Position numbers and translations under genes: made by a program. A DNA stretch of 64,000 nt from Eledone cirrhosa (taxonomy: Eukaryota): contig OZ024743.1 of the NCBI GenBank assembly GCA_964016885.1, positions 62,992,001 through 63,056,000 on the forward strand, given 5' to 3'. Below the pieces are notes generated by a model. The model made no database searches and was not told the DNA's origin. It saw nothing but the letters and a program-made list of their open reading frames with translations. Below, piece after piece: positions 21,290 through 34,870 of this stretch (position 1 is its first letter; each line of letters opens with the position of its first letter).

Positions 21290-23812
21290 ATTCATCATCA
21301 TCGTTTAACGTCGATCTTCCACGCTAGCATGGATTAGACGGGAGTTGTCCCACTAGAGGCAAGGTTGGTCAGGTGACCATGTCTCGCTCATATAGGACTA
21401 TCTGGCAGGTTTTCTACGGCTGGATGCCCTTCCTAACACCAACCACATTTACAGTGTGGAACTGGGAACTTTTTACCGTGTTACCTACACGGCCACATTA
21501 CAGCGTGGACTGTGTGTTTTTTGTCGTGACACAATCTTGATCTGATTATCTCGTGGTGTTGGTGGGGGTGGGAGGATAGGGTAGGGGTAGTGGATTGGGG
21601 TGTATATTTGGTTAAGAGGTGCCTACTGACTGTAGGTTTCGCTTTGTACATAGGGAAGGCGGGTCTTCTGTATTACTGCATAGCGCCAAAGATCTCAGTC
21701 CAGTGACATTGTCTTAGAGAGGTGAAAGTGTGTAAGGTCGGAATTTATCAAATTGCCCCAGGTTTTTCTGGGTCTACCTACTCCGTAACTACTATCAATT
21801 TTGATCGCCCTGCACTTTTTTATGCAGCTGTCGTCTTTCATGTGCATCACGTGACCATACCAACGTAGTCTTCTCTCAAGTAAACAGCATCTGATCCCTC
21901 TTATTCCTAATTTCTCATTTAGTTCATTTATGCTTTGCTGTTCACGTATATTACTATTACACATCCAATGGAGCATGCAAGCTTAGTTCCTTTCCAGTCT
22001 GTGCAGGTCCTCTGCACACAATGCCCATGTCTCACTGCCATGTAACATTGCTGTTCATATACAAGCATCATACAATCTGCCTTTCATTTTTAGAGAGAAA
22101 CCTTTTGTGGCCAACAGCGGTATAAGCTCTCTGAACTTTTTCCATCCCGTTCTGACTCTGGCTACTGTACTTTCAGAGCACCCTCCACCACTGCTGATTT
22201 CGTCACCCAGGTAACGGAAAGTGTCTACTATTTCTATAGAATCATCTGGGCAATAGAAGGAGCTAGTATCCTGTGGACACTTGCTACTTATTGCACCTGA
22301 GCATTGGCCACTTATAAAGTCTATGTTCTTAGATAGTTTACCTGTGATCCCACTACATCTTTTATGTACTCATACTTTGCATTTGGGACATAAAATGGAA
22401 TTTTTGCCTACTCCTTTCCTACACACTGAGCATGGCCATTTCCCTGAGGGCACCTGTGCCCTAATTTCCTTTCTACAAACTAGAACTTTAGTCTTAGACA
22501 AGTTAACTTTAAGGCCTTTTGATTCTAGGCCATGCTTCCATGTTTGGAATTTCTTCTCTAGTTCAGCCATTGATTCAGCTATGAGCATTAGATCATCTGC
22601 GTATAGGAGTTCCCATGGGCAGCCGGTCTTGAACTCCTCTGTTATAGCCTGAAGGGCAATAATAAATAGGAGGGGGGCTAAGGACAGAGCTTTGATGAAC
22701 GCCAACTTTTACAATAAATTCTTCACAATATTCATTGTTAATTCTAACCTTACTGACTGTTTCATTATACATAGCTTGTATAACTCTCACAAGCCATTCA
22801 TCTACACCTAGTTTTCTAAGAGCCCACTAGATAATGGAGCGGGGGGACTCTGTCAAAGGCTTTCCCCAAGTCAACAAAAGCTAAGTAGAGAGGTTTACTT
22901 TTAGCTAGGTACTTCTGTAGTTATCGTACAAGGAAAAGAGCTCCTGTGGTACTTTTACCTGAGACAAACCCAAACTGCATTTCATCTAGATCAATTCGCT
23001 CTCTGATTAGTTGTGCTATAACTCTTTCTATGACCTTCATGACCTGGTCAACTAACTTAATGCCTCTATAGTTTTCCCCATCTACAGCATCCCTTTTACC
23101 CTTGTAGCAGTTAATGATGATACTGCTACGCCAGTCTTTCGGTATGACTCCATTCTGTATTATTGGTTTACTATCCGGGTGACCATAGTATGTTCCACCA
23201 TACCAGATGCCTTCAACATCTCAGCAACTATCTCCGAAGGCCCAGCTGCCTTGCCTGTCTTCATATCTTTGATTGCCTTACTTATACTACCTTTAACTTG
23301 CACCGCTGGTCTCTCTATTGGATCGATTTGGGGCAGACTATCTTTATCCCATTTATTCTCCTCATTTAGTAGTCTCTCATAGTGACACTTCCAAGCTACC
23401 CTCTTATCAGTGAAGGCAAGTACACTGCCATCATTAAGGACACACTTCTCCCCGACAATATCACGGTTTTACTTGACACATTGTCTAGTAATCCTGAACA
23501 CCCCACGTTTTTGGTCCTCGCATTGTAGAACATGCTTGAACTTTCTATCCTCTGCTTCCCTTATTGCAAAGTACACTTGTCTCCTAGCCACTTGATAGTG
23601 CTCTCTACTTCCCCCATCCTACCATAATTTCCAAGCTTGCTTTTTGGCCTTGATTGTCTCCTCCACCTTACTGTTCCACCACCAAGTTACTCTCCTCCTG
23701 CCTACAGGCCTGCTCCGTTGCTTTCAGCAGGTTCACTTTCAAGAATTGCCACTGTTCCTCTATATCGCACATCTCTAATTGCTCTTCCTTATTGTCAAAG
23801 GCATCAAGTAAT
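21290..23812 (-). mobile_element. Degraded, 5'-truncated RTE LINE (family of 12994-17718)
   Basis: Fragment ORFs with WELLYADD, the PHD cysteines and RLRWYGHV; multiple stops and frameshifts; 3' UTR present. Confidence 0.93.
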
Positions 23813-24330
23813 ATTATATTTATATAAAAACTATATTCCATAATTTTGTGTAAAAACCTTTTTAAAAGTTTTATTCCAAACATCAGCTTAATAACAAGAA
23901 AGTTAGTTATATTACTAAATCTCTACAAATTCTTGATTATCTTCAAAATGATTTGAAAATCATAGGCAGTATTTTTTATAGAATTGTAGTAATGAAAGAG
24001 TTAAGCTGGTATATTGCTGCTTTTTTTTTAAATTCTACATACAGTTTGTGTATGTTTGTATATATGTAAATTCAAACATTATCATCACCTACCAAGTCAG
24101 TTCTTAATTGGATCTACTGACATCTAAGACAGGCCAGATGGCTGCATGTTACTTACTCTTGTGTGCCAAATAATAAGGTGGGGGGGGGGGATGATTATTC
24201 GAAACCTGAGAGTGCATATATTCCTGTAGTGTGTAGAATACATTGGATGGATTTTATGACTGCACAATCACTAGGGAGAATGTCATATCATTGACACAAT
24301 TGAAGAGTTCTGTGTGTAAAACTAACTAAC

Positions 24331-24555
24331 CTGTGAGGTGACCAAAGGGTCTTCATTTTCTTTGTTGTCGACATCTGAAATAGAATTGGTGTCAGGTTGG
24401 TGTATAACAGGTGTAAGAGGAGAGGGTGTAATGTCTGGCAATAATTTCTCTTCAGAGTATCCATTGCAGACCAGGATCTCCATTTCGTCACCAACACTCC
24501 GTAGGGTTTTCACAGCTTCTGTATGGCTAGTGCCAAGTAAACTCTGGTTGTTTAC
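24331..24555 (-). CDS. SCRIB: Scribble-like exon: PDZ4 C-terminal half and following linker (75 aa)
   Basis: ttacttag|VNNQSLLGTSHTEAVKTLRSVGDEMEILVCNGY..DPLVTSQ|gttagt, phase 0. Resembles Scribble PDZ4 (VNQQSLLGLTHGEAVQLLRSVGD..VCDGF, recalled). Confidence 0.9.
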
Positions 24556-25703
24556 CTAAGTAAAAAGAAAAATTCAATAGATAAATATAAAATAAAACCA
24601 GCAGTAATAACACCCCACCCTCCCAAAAAAACTGCGTTTATCTCTTAACACCCTGTAATGATTTGGCAGAAAATATCTAAAAACTGTGTTAGATCAAATA
24701 TTTATAGTCTCATTATTTGTGGGAAATTGTGATTATTTTCAAAATTATTTGAAAATCATACACAGTATCTTTCGTTAGAAATATGGTCACAAAAGAGTTA
24801 ATATTGCTATTGAAGAACTTAGGACTAAACTCTAATTTAGGAGAAAGAACATCATCTGATAAGGCTAATTCCAAGTGTAATGGAACAAACTTCAGTTTCT
24901 GACAGACCTGATTTTATCCCTTTGTCATTGTAATGAATGTACCTCAATTGGTTTCAACGATAAGTGTTACAGTTGTTCAATCAATGAAACAGCCTGCTCA
25001 TGAAATTAACATGCAAGTAGCTGAGCTTTTCACAGACATGTATCCTTCATGCAATTCTCAAGGAGATTCAGAATGAATATAACTCCTAAGTAGCTGTTGT
25101 CATCATCTTTTCAAATCTCACCACTTGACATATTTTCTCATCTGTCCTACCTGCCATACATACACCCCTTGTCTTATCTCTCTCCACAGTTGAGTCAATG
25201 ACTGATAAGTGCTCTAGTGGTGGAGCCATGAAAAATGCACCCTAGAAGGTTGTTGGTGATAAGACAGGCACACAGATGTAGAAACCATGTTGTGTCAAGA
25301 ATATGACAAGCTCTCTAGTGTTGGTGATAGGAAGCATATCCAGTTGTAAAACACTTGCCAAACAAAGCATTAGAAAGACTCTTAAGTTGTGTCAAAGAGA
25401 TGGCAACATCCCTCATGTTGATGTCCCAATAAAATGTATCAAATGTAATTGTGATGCTCCACCTCCTCAAGTACCCATCCAACCCTTGCTAGCAGGAAGA
25501 ATGAAGGTTAAATAATGATGGTATATATATATATATAAACACATATTATTATAACGCGGGGCTAACCAACCAGGGATGTGCAGACCACATTTTAGTTGGT
25601 CAGCTGTGATGCAGATAAAATGCACCCAATGACATGTATAATGGTAAAATCCAGAAATCCAGAGCATTATATAGCATTAAAAAGATCAGAGTCCATATAT
25701 AGT

Positions 25704-25764
<61 letters not shown>

Positions 25765-25897
25765 GTGTGAAAAATTCAGGACCCTGACAGCTGAGCTCCG
25801 GCCGTTTCAACAGCTAGATCCGAACCTACTCTACTACCCCAAGTATCGAGTACTCTGGTGAGGAATGGTCTAACTAGTTTTTACAGCCTCCATTCTG

Positions 25898-25930
<33 letters not shown>

Positions 25931-26035
25931 AAAATATATCTATATACATACACACACACACACGTGTGTATATATATATATAAAACCTGTCAAAGGGCAA
26001 AGGAGCTCTTAAGAGTCAATGGCCATCCAAAATCA

Positions 26036-26374
26036 CCAGGAGAGATGACTCCTTAGCCTTTGTCAAGGCAGAATTCTAGGAGAAGGAAAACTCTGATATA
26101 ACACCTGCAACCGTGATGGTATCCAATGATGTTGACTTGTTCTTCTTTTTGGTAAATATCATCTTAGTTAAGAGAGTGGGGCTGGCTTTGTGCAGTGCCT
26201 TTGCTCACTATAAAAGCTTCACGGCACAGGCATTGCTTTATATCTGGAGATCTCTTTGCACTTGTCACATACTGGCTGGACTAAAAAGTCACACTCGTTC
26301 AGCGCATTGGTAGGGGTTTTCCTACATGGATATAAAGTAGTGGCCATACTCGAAAACAAGTTGGCAGCCACCAT
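26036..26374 (+). mobile_element. Non-autonomous RTE-related element, family 2
   Basis: Reverse complement of 4843-5237 with an internal deletion. Confidence 0.75.
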
Positions 26375-26387
26375 GTATATATATACA

Positions 26388-26769
26388 TATCATTTCATTT
26401 TACGTTCGCTTTTCCCTGCTTGCAAGGGTGTGACGGGAACTGATTCTGGCTTGATTTCTACAGCTGGATGCCCTTCCTAACACCAACCTCATTTACAGTG
26501 AGTGCTGGGTGCTTTTTTCCGTGGCGCTTACACGTCCACTTTACAGTGTGGGTTGGGTGCTTTTTTGCCATGGCACCTCCATGACTACTTTGCAGTGGAA
26601 TGATAGGGACCCCAGTCCCTACCATCTCATTTCTACAGCTGAGTAAACTGGAGCAATGTAAAATAAAGTGTCTTGCTCAAGGAAACAACACATCACCCGG
26701 TCTGAGAATTGAACTCTCAACCTTTCGATTGCAAGGCCAATGCTCTAACCACTAAGCCATGTTCCTCCA
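26388..26769 (-). mobile_element. tRNA-headed Meta-type SINE
   Basis: Reverse complement of 3383-3716 with a small internal duplication. Confidence 0.85.
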
Positions 26770-27533
26770 TATATATTTACACATACATATACAAGAGGAG
26801 TAAGCCTCGATAAAAATCCTGCTTGTCTCAAAGTGAGCAGTAGCTCATGCGAAAATCATCAGTTTAATTAGATGACCTTGGCGTCATGAGCACAAGCCAC
26901 TTTGCAGATGATCAACTATTAATTTGATAACGGGTTAGCACAACTGCCCCAGTTAGCAGAGATATCTTTGAGTGTGCAGCTGTGATGAGCCACATATATT
27001 CTTACAATTAGAAAAAGCAAAATAAATGCTTCACCTTCAGTGGAGGGATGTCTCAAGAAGAGAGAAAATATGTGTATGTGTGTATGCATACACACACACA
27101 AGTGTCAACATGTGTCTATGTTTATGTTGCATAACTTAGTGGTTGGTAAATTGATAAAATAAGTTGCAGACATGAAAAATAAGTACCGGGGTTGATATGA
27201 TAGAGGCAGTGGTCCAGCATGGCCACAATCTAATGACTGAAAGCAATAAAAGGATAAAATGCAGTGAGGAAAAAATGACATCATCACATAGTGTTGTCTA
27301 GTATCCAGATAGGAAAAAATAATATCTCCCCCATATCTGGTTCCATATTAAGTGCCTATAGACCAGTTATGATGTTAACAGTGATGAGATAGAGTTGATC
27401 ACTTCATGGACAGTTTTGCTTAATATTACCCTTTTGACAGGCACTCAATCACTGCAACTGTTATAGAAACTAACAATACATAGGCAGCCCCAACTATTAT
27501 CATAGATCAAAGAGGGGGGAATATAATACATAC

Positions 27534-27596
27534 TTGCAATATTCTCTGTCCAACACTTAGCTGGCCATGTCTGGCAACAGCTCCATCAGGTGCAAT
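27534..27596 (-). CDS. SCRIB: Scribble-like exon, PDZ4 middle (IAPDGAVARHGQLSVGQRILQ)
   Basis: tttacag acceptor, gtatgt donor, 63 nt, phase 0. Confidence 0.88.
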
Positions 27597-27679
27597 CTGT
27601 AAAGATAATAATAATAATAATAATGACAATAATAATAATCACAACAACAATATTAATAATGCTTTCTTTCTTTTTTAAT

Positions 27680-27868
27680 AATTGTTTCTACTTTAGGCAC
27701 AAGGCCAGCAAATACCCAGTGCATTACTGGTACTTTATTTTATCGACCCCGTAAGGATGAAAGGCAAAGTCAACCTCAGCGGGATTTGAACTCAGATCGT
27801 AAAGGGACGTAACTATGCTGGAAAGCATGGCGTCCGACCCTCTACCGATACTGCCAATCCACCGCCGT
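27680..27868 (-). mobile_element. Nin-domain SINE
   Basis: Same family as 18251-18432 and 48755-48938. Confidence 0.85.
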
Positions 27869-29102
27869 TAATAATCTGCCCTAAGTGTTGGGAAGATACT
27901 TGGCAAGAAATGGAAACAAAACTGAAAGAGGAAAAACACAAAGATCAATAATAATAAAAATATTAATAATAATAACAACAACAATGGTTTCTTTTCACAA
28001 AAGGTTTATAAAAAAAGCACAAAACATGTAAAAATGAAAAATAACTAAAACAAAAGAGGCAACAATAAAATTCAAAAGAAAGAAAATTCCCCCAAACTCG
28101 TGGATAAACTCCACAAAATGCCATGGTTACCATGCCTACCAATTGTAGACAGTTCAAATAACCACATCCTGCTCATATGTTCCAGTTTGGCATAGTTTCT
28201 ATCGCTGGATGTTTCTCTCTTCCTAATGTCAACCTCTTTAAGTATGTACTAGGTGCATTTTCTCATGGTACAAGCCCTACCAATTGTGATGGAATCAGCT
28301 AGCCAATGGGTTCAATGATAGACGGGCACAATACAGAATGGGTTTAGTGCATTTTATTGTGGCACCAGCACTGCTACCTTACAGACTGTATTGGGTTTAT
28401 GTAATCATGGCACCAGCACTACCATTTTAGAGTATTCTAGGTACATTTTATTGTGATGACAGTACTAGAGTTTGTGACATAATTAAGTGAATCCAACTGG
28501 AAATAAAAGCCTCGTCTTAGTTTCTGTCTAGTAAAAAAGCAAATATAAAGCTAAAGAAAAAAAAGAACAAATTAGGAGACAGAAAATAAAGCATTTGAAA
28601 GCCATCTTTCCTATCACCAAGCCCCTAGCTTTCAATTCCTTCTCCATCACTCCACTTTCTCACTTTTATACTTCCTCCACACATGACCCAACCATCTTAT
28701 TCCATTTCTTTTCACAACATTCATCATTGGCTCTATTTACACCATCCTCTGCAATTCATTGTTTGTCTACCTCCTTCTCTCTTTCTCCCAGAGATACTCC
28801 ACTCAGCCACTAGACCATTTTTATTTTCATTCTTTCCAGCCTTTTCTGATGCTCCACATTCATCACCCATTTTTCACTCCCATATCACTTCTCACACATG
28901 CAGTATACACCTTTCTGAGATGTGTGTGAAAGAGAAGTGTGAGAGAGAAGTGAAAGATCTTAGGTAAATTTTGTATCATAACCTGATAGAGTGAGTGAGG
29001 GGGCAGAGAGAGAAAGAGAGAGTGGGGGGCAGAGAGAGACAGAGAGTGACGGAGCAGAGAGAGAGAGATCTTAGGAAATATATAATTTAAGAGAGTTCTT
29101 AC

Positions 29103-29219
29103 ATTGGAGATAAATATTCCATCATCTGTCCTGTCAGAGGTGTTATCTGCATAGGTGAGGGCACCACCACGGATACGGAGACCCAGCTTTTCACCTGGCT
29201 GTTTATCGATTGCGTATTT
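29103..29219 (-). CDS. SCRIB: Scribble-like exon, PDZ4 N-terminal half (KYAIDKQPGEKLGLRIRGGA..RTDDGIFISN)
   Basis: cttgcag acceptor, gtaaga donor, 117 nt, phase 0; carries the KLGL carboxylate-binding loop. Confidence 0.9.
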
Positions 29220-29954
29220 CTGCAAGAGAGAGAGATGGAAAGACAAGTTGAGAAGGTTAACCCTTTGATACCTGGTTCTATGACACAAAGTTATTTATTT
29301 TATAGGCAATTATGAGTCACTATGTCACCAATTATATCTTTAATTCTATGCAAAGTTGACAGATCACAAATACACTTCTCTGACAAATATTCGGTAGAAA
29401 CTTTATCACATTTGACTTAATCCTTTTGATACCAAACTGACTGAAAACACCCCCTGGTTCTATAGTATAAAACTGTTATTTTCACTCTTGATATCCTGTA
29501 ATGATTTAGCATAAAATATCTAAAAATAGGTTTGTTAATTCTAATGTTTATACTATCTTTACTAGTGGACAGATTGTCATGAAATTTTAAACTATTAAGA
29601 TTTTCAGGTGAGGGATTTAGTAATATAACTAACTTTTTCATTATCAAGCTGGTGTTTGGAACATAACTTAACAAAAGTTCTTATATAGAATTATGATGGA
29701 AGGCTTTTAGATAAATATCAACACTTTAAAACAAACAGTTTTGTACCACAGAACCAAGGGCGGTATGGTATCAAAAGAGTTATCCTATATAAGTGTAGTA
29801 ATGCAGTAGTATAGTGGTGTTTGGTAGCTAGTTCATGTATAAGTGCAACGATGTTTAGCATGCAACCTGGTTGAATTTCTATGCTTAATGATGTGGTATA
29901 GTGAAGAGGTAATGTGTAGGGACATGCTATGTGTATTGGCACTCGTTCCATCAA

Positions 29955-30253
29955 GTTCAACATTGAGTGTTACAATTGTTTGATCAACAGGACAACAGCT
30001 TGCTCATGAAATTAATGTGCCGGTGGCTGAGCATTCCACAAACATATATACCCATAATGTAGTTTTCAGGAAGATTCACTGTGACGAGACTGGCCTATTG
30101 AATTGCAAGTACACCTCACTTTTGTCAGTTGAGTAGACTGGAGCAACTTGAAATAAAGTGACTTGCTCAAGGACATAATGCATCACCAGCATTTGAACTC
30201 ATCATCTTACGATCAAGAGCTAAACACTAACTATTAAGTCCTGTACCTTCACA
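29955..30253 (-). mobile_element. Degraded Meta-type SINE (second subfamily)
   Basis: Reverse-complement similarity to 30612-30921. Confidence 0.75.
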
Positions 30254-30611
30254 AGGATGTGGCAGTGTAGTGAGGTTTAGTATGCTGACTAGTTAATATA
30301 TAAGTATAATGATATAGTAAGGTTTAGTGAGTTTGTTCCTTGTTCTTTAGTTATTTTAACCCTTTAGCATTTAAACCGGCCAGAAATCTCACCTCTTTCT
30401 GTTCAAACCAGTGGTAACTGGCTGTTCATACTGATGTTAAGGTATTGTTCTCAAAATAAATAATATCAAAGTTTCATAGATTCGATATTATGTGAGATAA
30501 TTATGTGGGTAAAGAGTTTATTGTGAAAATATAATAGTAAATATAGAGTATTGTAAATGTGTTCAATATATAGTGTACAGGTGTTTAAGTATGGTAGCAT
30601 GATGGTGTTGT

Positions 30612-30921
30612 GAAGGCACGTGGCTTTGTGGTTAGGGAATTTGGCTCATGATTGTAAGGTCATGAATTCAATTCCCGGCAGCATGCTGTGTCCTTGAGCA
30701 AGACACTTTATTTCACGTTGCTCCAGTCCACTCAGCTGGCAAAAGTGAGTTGTACCTGTAATTGTCACTAGCCTTGTCACATTCTGTGACACACCGAATC
30801 TCCCAGACAACTATGTTAAGGGTACGCATGTTTGTGGAATGCTCAGCCACTTGCACATTAATTTCCAGAGCAGGCTGTCGGATCAACTGGAACATTTGTC
30901 ATCATAATCGACAGAGTGCCT
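30612..30921 (+). mobile_element. tRNA-headed Meta-type SINE (second subfamily)
   Basis: A/B-box head, then the tgtgtccttgagcaagacactttatttcacgttgctccagtccactcagctg core. Confidence 0.82.
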
Positions 30922-31448
30922 TCCATTCCATGAATGTGTTAAAGGGTGTGTGTATTGAGAAAATACACATGAACCAATATGATCCTACATTCTACTGGGT
31001 GGGTTTATCGTATAAATCACCAACATTAGAAAGGTTGTTGAGTCCCTAGCACAACCTTAGGAGTCCTCTTGACTCGTTTTGGCATGGTTTCTACAGCAGG
31101 GTGCCTTTTCTATCACTGACCACCTTACAGTGTGTACTAGGTGCATTTATCATGACATAGGCACTACAGAAGTTGTCATTGACCCTGTGATCAATAAATA
31201 AATCACTAAACATCTATGTTGTGGAAATATTCAAAGAAGTGGAGAAGGCCGTATGGTGTTATGACCTGTCACATAATTTTGTGGATGTGGAGTGTGTAGT
31301 AGAAAATCCAGGCATAGTAATTTTCTTAGTTTCGTCAGCTTGGCAAATTGTAAGTTAAAATTATTTTACTGGGAAAAGTGAGAAGGGAGCACACATTCTA
31401 TGGCTTACATAGGTGCAGGCTCAGGTTGTATATAAACATTTAACTCAC

Positions 31449-31565
31449 CTGTAGACCTTGCAGTGGGGGTTCATGCATGACATCCAATGTCATCTGATTG
31501 CAAGGTTTAATCAATGCCATCACCGCCTCCTGGTGTGTTGCTTGGGTTAGGTCAGTATCATTTAC
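31449..31565 (-). CDS. SCRIB: Scribble-like exon, PDZ3 C-terminal part (VNDTDLTQATHQEAVMALIKPCNQMTLDVMHEPPLQGLQ)
   Basis: tgtatag acceptor, gtgagt donor, 117 nt, phase 0; ATHQEAV helix as in Scribble PDZ3. Confidence 0.9.
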
Positions 31566-31621
31566 CTATACAAATGACATTGCAAACAAATAGAATAAAA
31601 TAAACAATAATAATAATGATG

Positions 31622-31818
31622 ATTTCTGATTTAGGTATAAGGCCAGCAATTTTTGGGGAGGGGAAAGTCGATTAAATCGATCCCAGTGTGTGACTGATAC
31701 TTAATTTTATCGACCCCATAAAGCAAAGCTAACCTCAGCGGGATTTGAAATCAGAACGTAAAGTGCTATAACTCTATGACACGAAGCATTTAGTCCAACA
31801 CTCTACCAATCCTGCCAA
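31622..31818 (-). mobile_element. Nin-domain SINE
   Basis: ttttatcgacccc..ggatttgaa pattern. Confidence 0.8.
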
Positions 31819-33069
31819 GACATTAACTAATATTTGTACCCTTGTGGCATCATTTGTATGACATTTTATTGTAAAATGTGTGTATTATCAAATTTGGTCT
31901 CAAGTGTCAGGTTGGCACTCAGAATGATTTGGGAAATAAGTAGAATTCAAATAATAATTCTTTCTTCCTTCCTTTATTTATTTATTATTAATAATAAATA
32001 AAACAAGGACTTCACAGAATTTTTTTTTCTACTTCTGGTAATACTTTTTTTGCTGTTATCCCATCTGGATATTCTAAGACACACCCCATAATGAATGCAA
32101 GGGTACATTGTTTCCATATTCACTTTTCTTGGTATATTCTTTATTTAAAACTGTCTCTGCTTCTATGATATAAAACTGTTTCTTTTAAAGTGCTCATATT
32201 TATCTAAAAACCTTCCACTATAATTTTATACAAGAACATTTAAGTTATGCTCTAAATATTAACTTAATGATGAAAAGGTTAGTTATATGATTAAATCCCA
32301 ACCAATTCTCTTTCAAAATCATAGGCAGTGTCTTTTATTAGAAATGTAGTAACGAAAAGGTTAAATCGTTTATATTTATCTAAAAACATTCGATCATAAT
32401 TTCATGTCAGAACATTTAAGTTATGCACCAAATACTAACTTGATGAGAAAGTTTTTTTATATTACTAAATTCTTTATTATTAAGAAAAATAATTGAAAAT
32501 CATAGACAGCATCTTTTACAAGAAATATGACAGCAAAAGTGTTAAAACGGTAGAGCCGGTTTTCTAGTAAGATTTGGATTGCTATTTCAAGCCGCCTGAG
32601 CATCCACATAGGTCTTTATTAGCTCGTAGAGGGAGGTGGAATTGTGGCTATAATAGTAGTTAGCTCCCTTGTAGGTGCCCAGATTAGTGTCCAAGGGAGA
32701 TAATTCTTCCAAACATTAAAAACGAATAAATTAACTAAATTCCTTCATTGCTTGACAAGAGAATAATAAATTATGTAAGATCACAAGTTGAATGTAAGAT
32801 ATGATAGACTTTTATTTTACATTATATTATTATTTTACTCGTTTAGTCATTAAACTGCTGGAGCACCATCTTAGTTGATGATAACAACCCCAGTACTTAT
32901 TTTTTTCAAGTCTAGTCTTATTTTTATCTATCTTTTTTAGTCAAATTGTTAGATTATGGGGACATAAAGAACAGTAAATGTAAACAGATGCATACACATG
33001 TGTGTGTATGCATGTGTATTTGTGTCTATTTATCTCTCTATATATATATATACACACATACGTAATATA

Positions 33070-33547
33070 TATATCATCATCATTTTTACGTCTGCTTTTC
33101 CATGTTTATATGTGTTGGCCGGGTCCTCAGCACAACATCTCTCCATATGCCGCGATCCTTTGTCATCAACTCTGTGAGTCTCAGTAATCTGAGGTCAGCT
33201 CTCACAACCTCCACCCAGGTCTTTCTTGGTCTACCTCTACCACAACGTCCTCCCACTGGCATTTACTGGCACCTTTCACCCAACGATTAGTCCATGTCCA
33301 AACCAATGCAGTCTTCTCTCCTGCATACCACCTCAGATTTCTGTTAAACCCAGCTTCTCCTTCAACTAGTCTAAGCTCTGCCTCTCTCTCATACTTACAT
33401 TACACATCCAACAAAGCATGGTTGCTTCGTTTCTCCTGCAGCCACAGCCCATGTTTCACTACTATGCAGCATCGCACTTCGCACATAGGTGTCGTTTTGT
33501 ACAAAAGGAGAAACCTTCTGTGGTCAACAGTGGGAGTAGCTCTCTTA

Positions 33548-33550
<3 letters not shown>
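33070..33550 (-). mobile_element. Degraded RTE 3' fragment
   Basis: Minus strand retains GRPRKTW-like and MLCWMC-like coding remnants and an (ATG)n tail. Confidence 0.75.
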
Positions 33551-33590
<40 letters not shown>

Positions 33591-34524
33591 ATATATATAT
33601 TACAACTTAGAATTTGAATGTGAATTTGTATATATACACAAATTCACATTCCAATGGAAGTCCTGGTTGAGTGCCTCATGGCCCATTTTATTTTTTACAA
33701 TTTGAATCTGTGCCAATGTGTTCTTGGCAAACAGTCAAGACTAACTTACCTCTGCTTTGGTGTCAAGTCACGTGACACTGAAAGTTAAATTTACTACTAC
33801 ACTAGGCGATGACCATCAGAGTAGTGTGTGGATAGCTGATCCGAACTATCTGCTCCAGAGAGACTAATTTCCTGCTGAAGACATGACTCTTAGCCAGTTA
33901 CGTAATGTTTACTAACAGTACCTAATTTCTGTGCACAGTAGTTACATTTGGACTGCCGCTAGCAGATGGAGCTGCAGAAACTAATGCATTTGTCCAGGGC
34001 TGGAAAATCAAATTTTCTACCCACACGAAATCGTTTTTCTCACTAATAAACGTATAAGTGTCCACTCTAATTTTCTTGGGTTGGTGTCTTAATGATACTG
34101 ACTTAATTAAATTAATTAGCGAGTGGACAAACGAATGAAGATGTATTGGTCCTATTTGATAACTTTGTCTCAGTATATATATATATATATGGAAGATAGA
34201 CGTTAAACTGATGATGACTCTTTTCCTACTATATCAAGTGTAAAACTTATATATTTCTTCATTGTACTTTGTCATTTGCTTTGTTATTTGTTTACTTTTT
34301 GCACACACACCAAATTTCACGAACAAGTCATAGTTAAAGACACCTGCTAAAAGTACCATCTAGTGGGACTTCATTGAGAAGCAGATGCCTGAACCACAGG
34401 AGTTCACAAGTAATTTCAAAAGGAACTAATGATATTCAGAAGTAAATTTGCAGGATATTTTTTAAAGGGATAGTCAAAATATTGGTTGCTTGAAGATCAA
34501 GTGTCGATATTAAAGAACACTTAC

Positions 34525-34584
34525 AGCAAGAACTCTATCACCAAATTTAAGGTTGGTACTGGCAGCAATCCCATCTTTCTCAAT
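34525..34584 (-). CDS. SCRIB: Scribble-like exon, PDZ3 middle (IEKDGIAASTNLKFGDRVLA)
   Basis: ttctag acceptor, gtaagt donor, 60 nt, phase 0. Confidence 0.88.
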
Positions 34585-34741
34585 CTAGAAATTAAAGAGA
34601 AGTAAACAACATATATACATATATATCAACATCAGCATTTTACGACTGTTCTTCCATACACACACATATATATGTTGAGTCCCGGGTTCAATTGGGGGCA
34701 ACTGCAATAAGTAAAGTACTCAATACATAGAGTATATACAC

Positions 34742-34870
34742 AATTTAATATAGAAATGGCTTCTTCAGGACTATAACTGTTTCAGTCGAAGGAAATTATC
34801 AGGAAAGCCCTAATGATTTCCTTTGAATGAAACAGTTCCAGTCCTGTAGAAGCCATTTCTATATTAAATT
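34742..34870. repeat. Imperfect palindrome made of two opposed degenerate hammerhead-like units
   Basis: Arms aatttaatatagaaatggcttc../..gaagccatttctatattaaatt. A single-unit relative lies at 39434-39577. Confidence 0.8.

Noticed and set aside
26036-26100. Reading the RTE 5' motif as a hairpin, HDV-like or twister ribozyme
   Set aside because: UGUC and AGAA are present, but the helices flanking hairpin loop A do not pair and loop B is absent. I found no HDV nested double pseudoknot and no twister conserved segments.
28863-29288. 141-aa ORF as a single-exon gene
   Set aside because: Only 29103-29219 is exon. The rest is intron, (GA)n and a decayed RTE remnant (KVYTACVRS).
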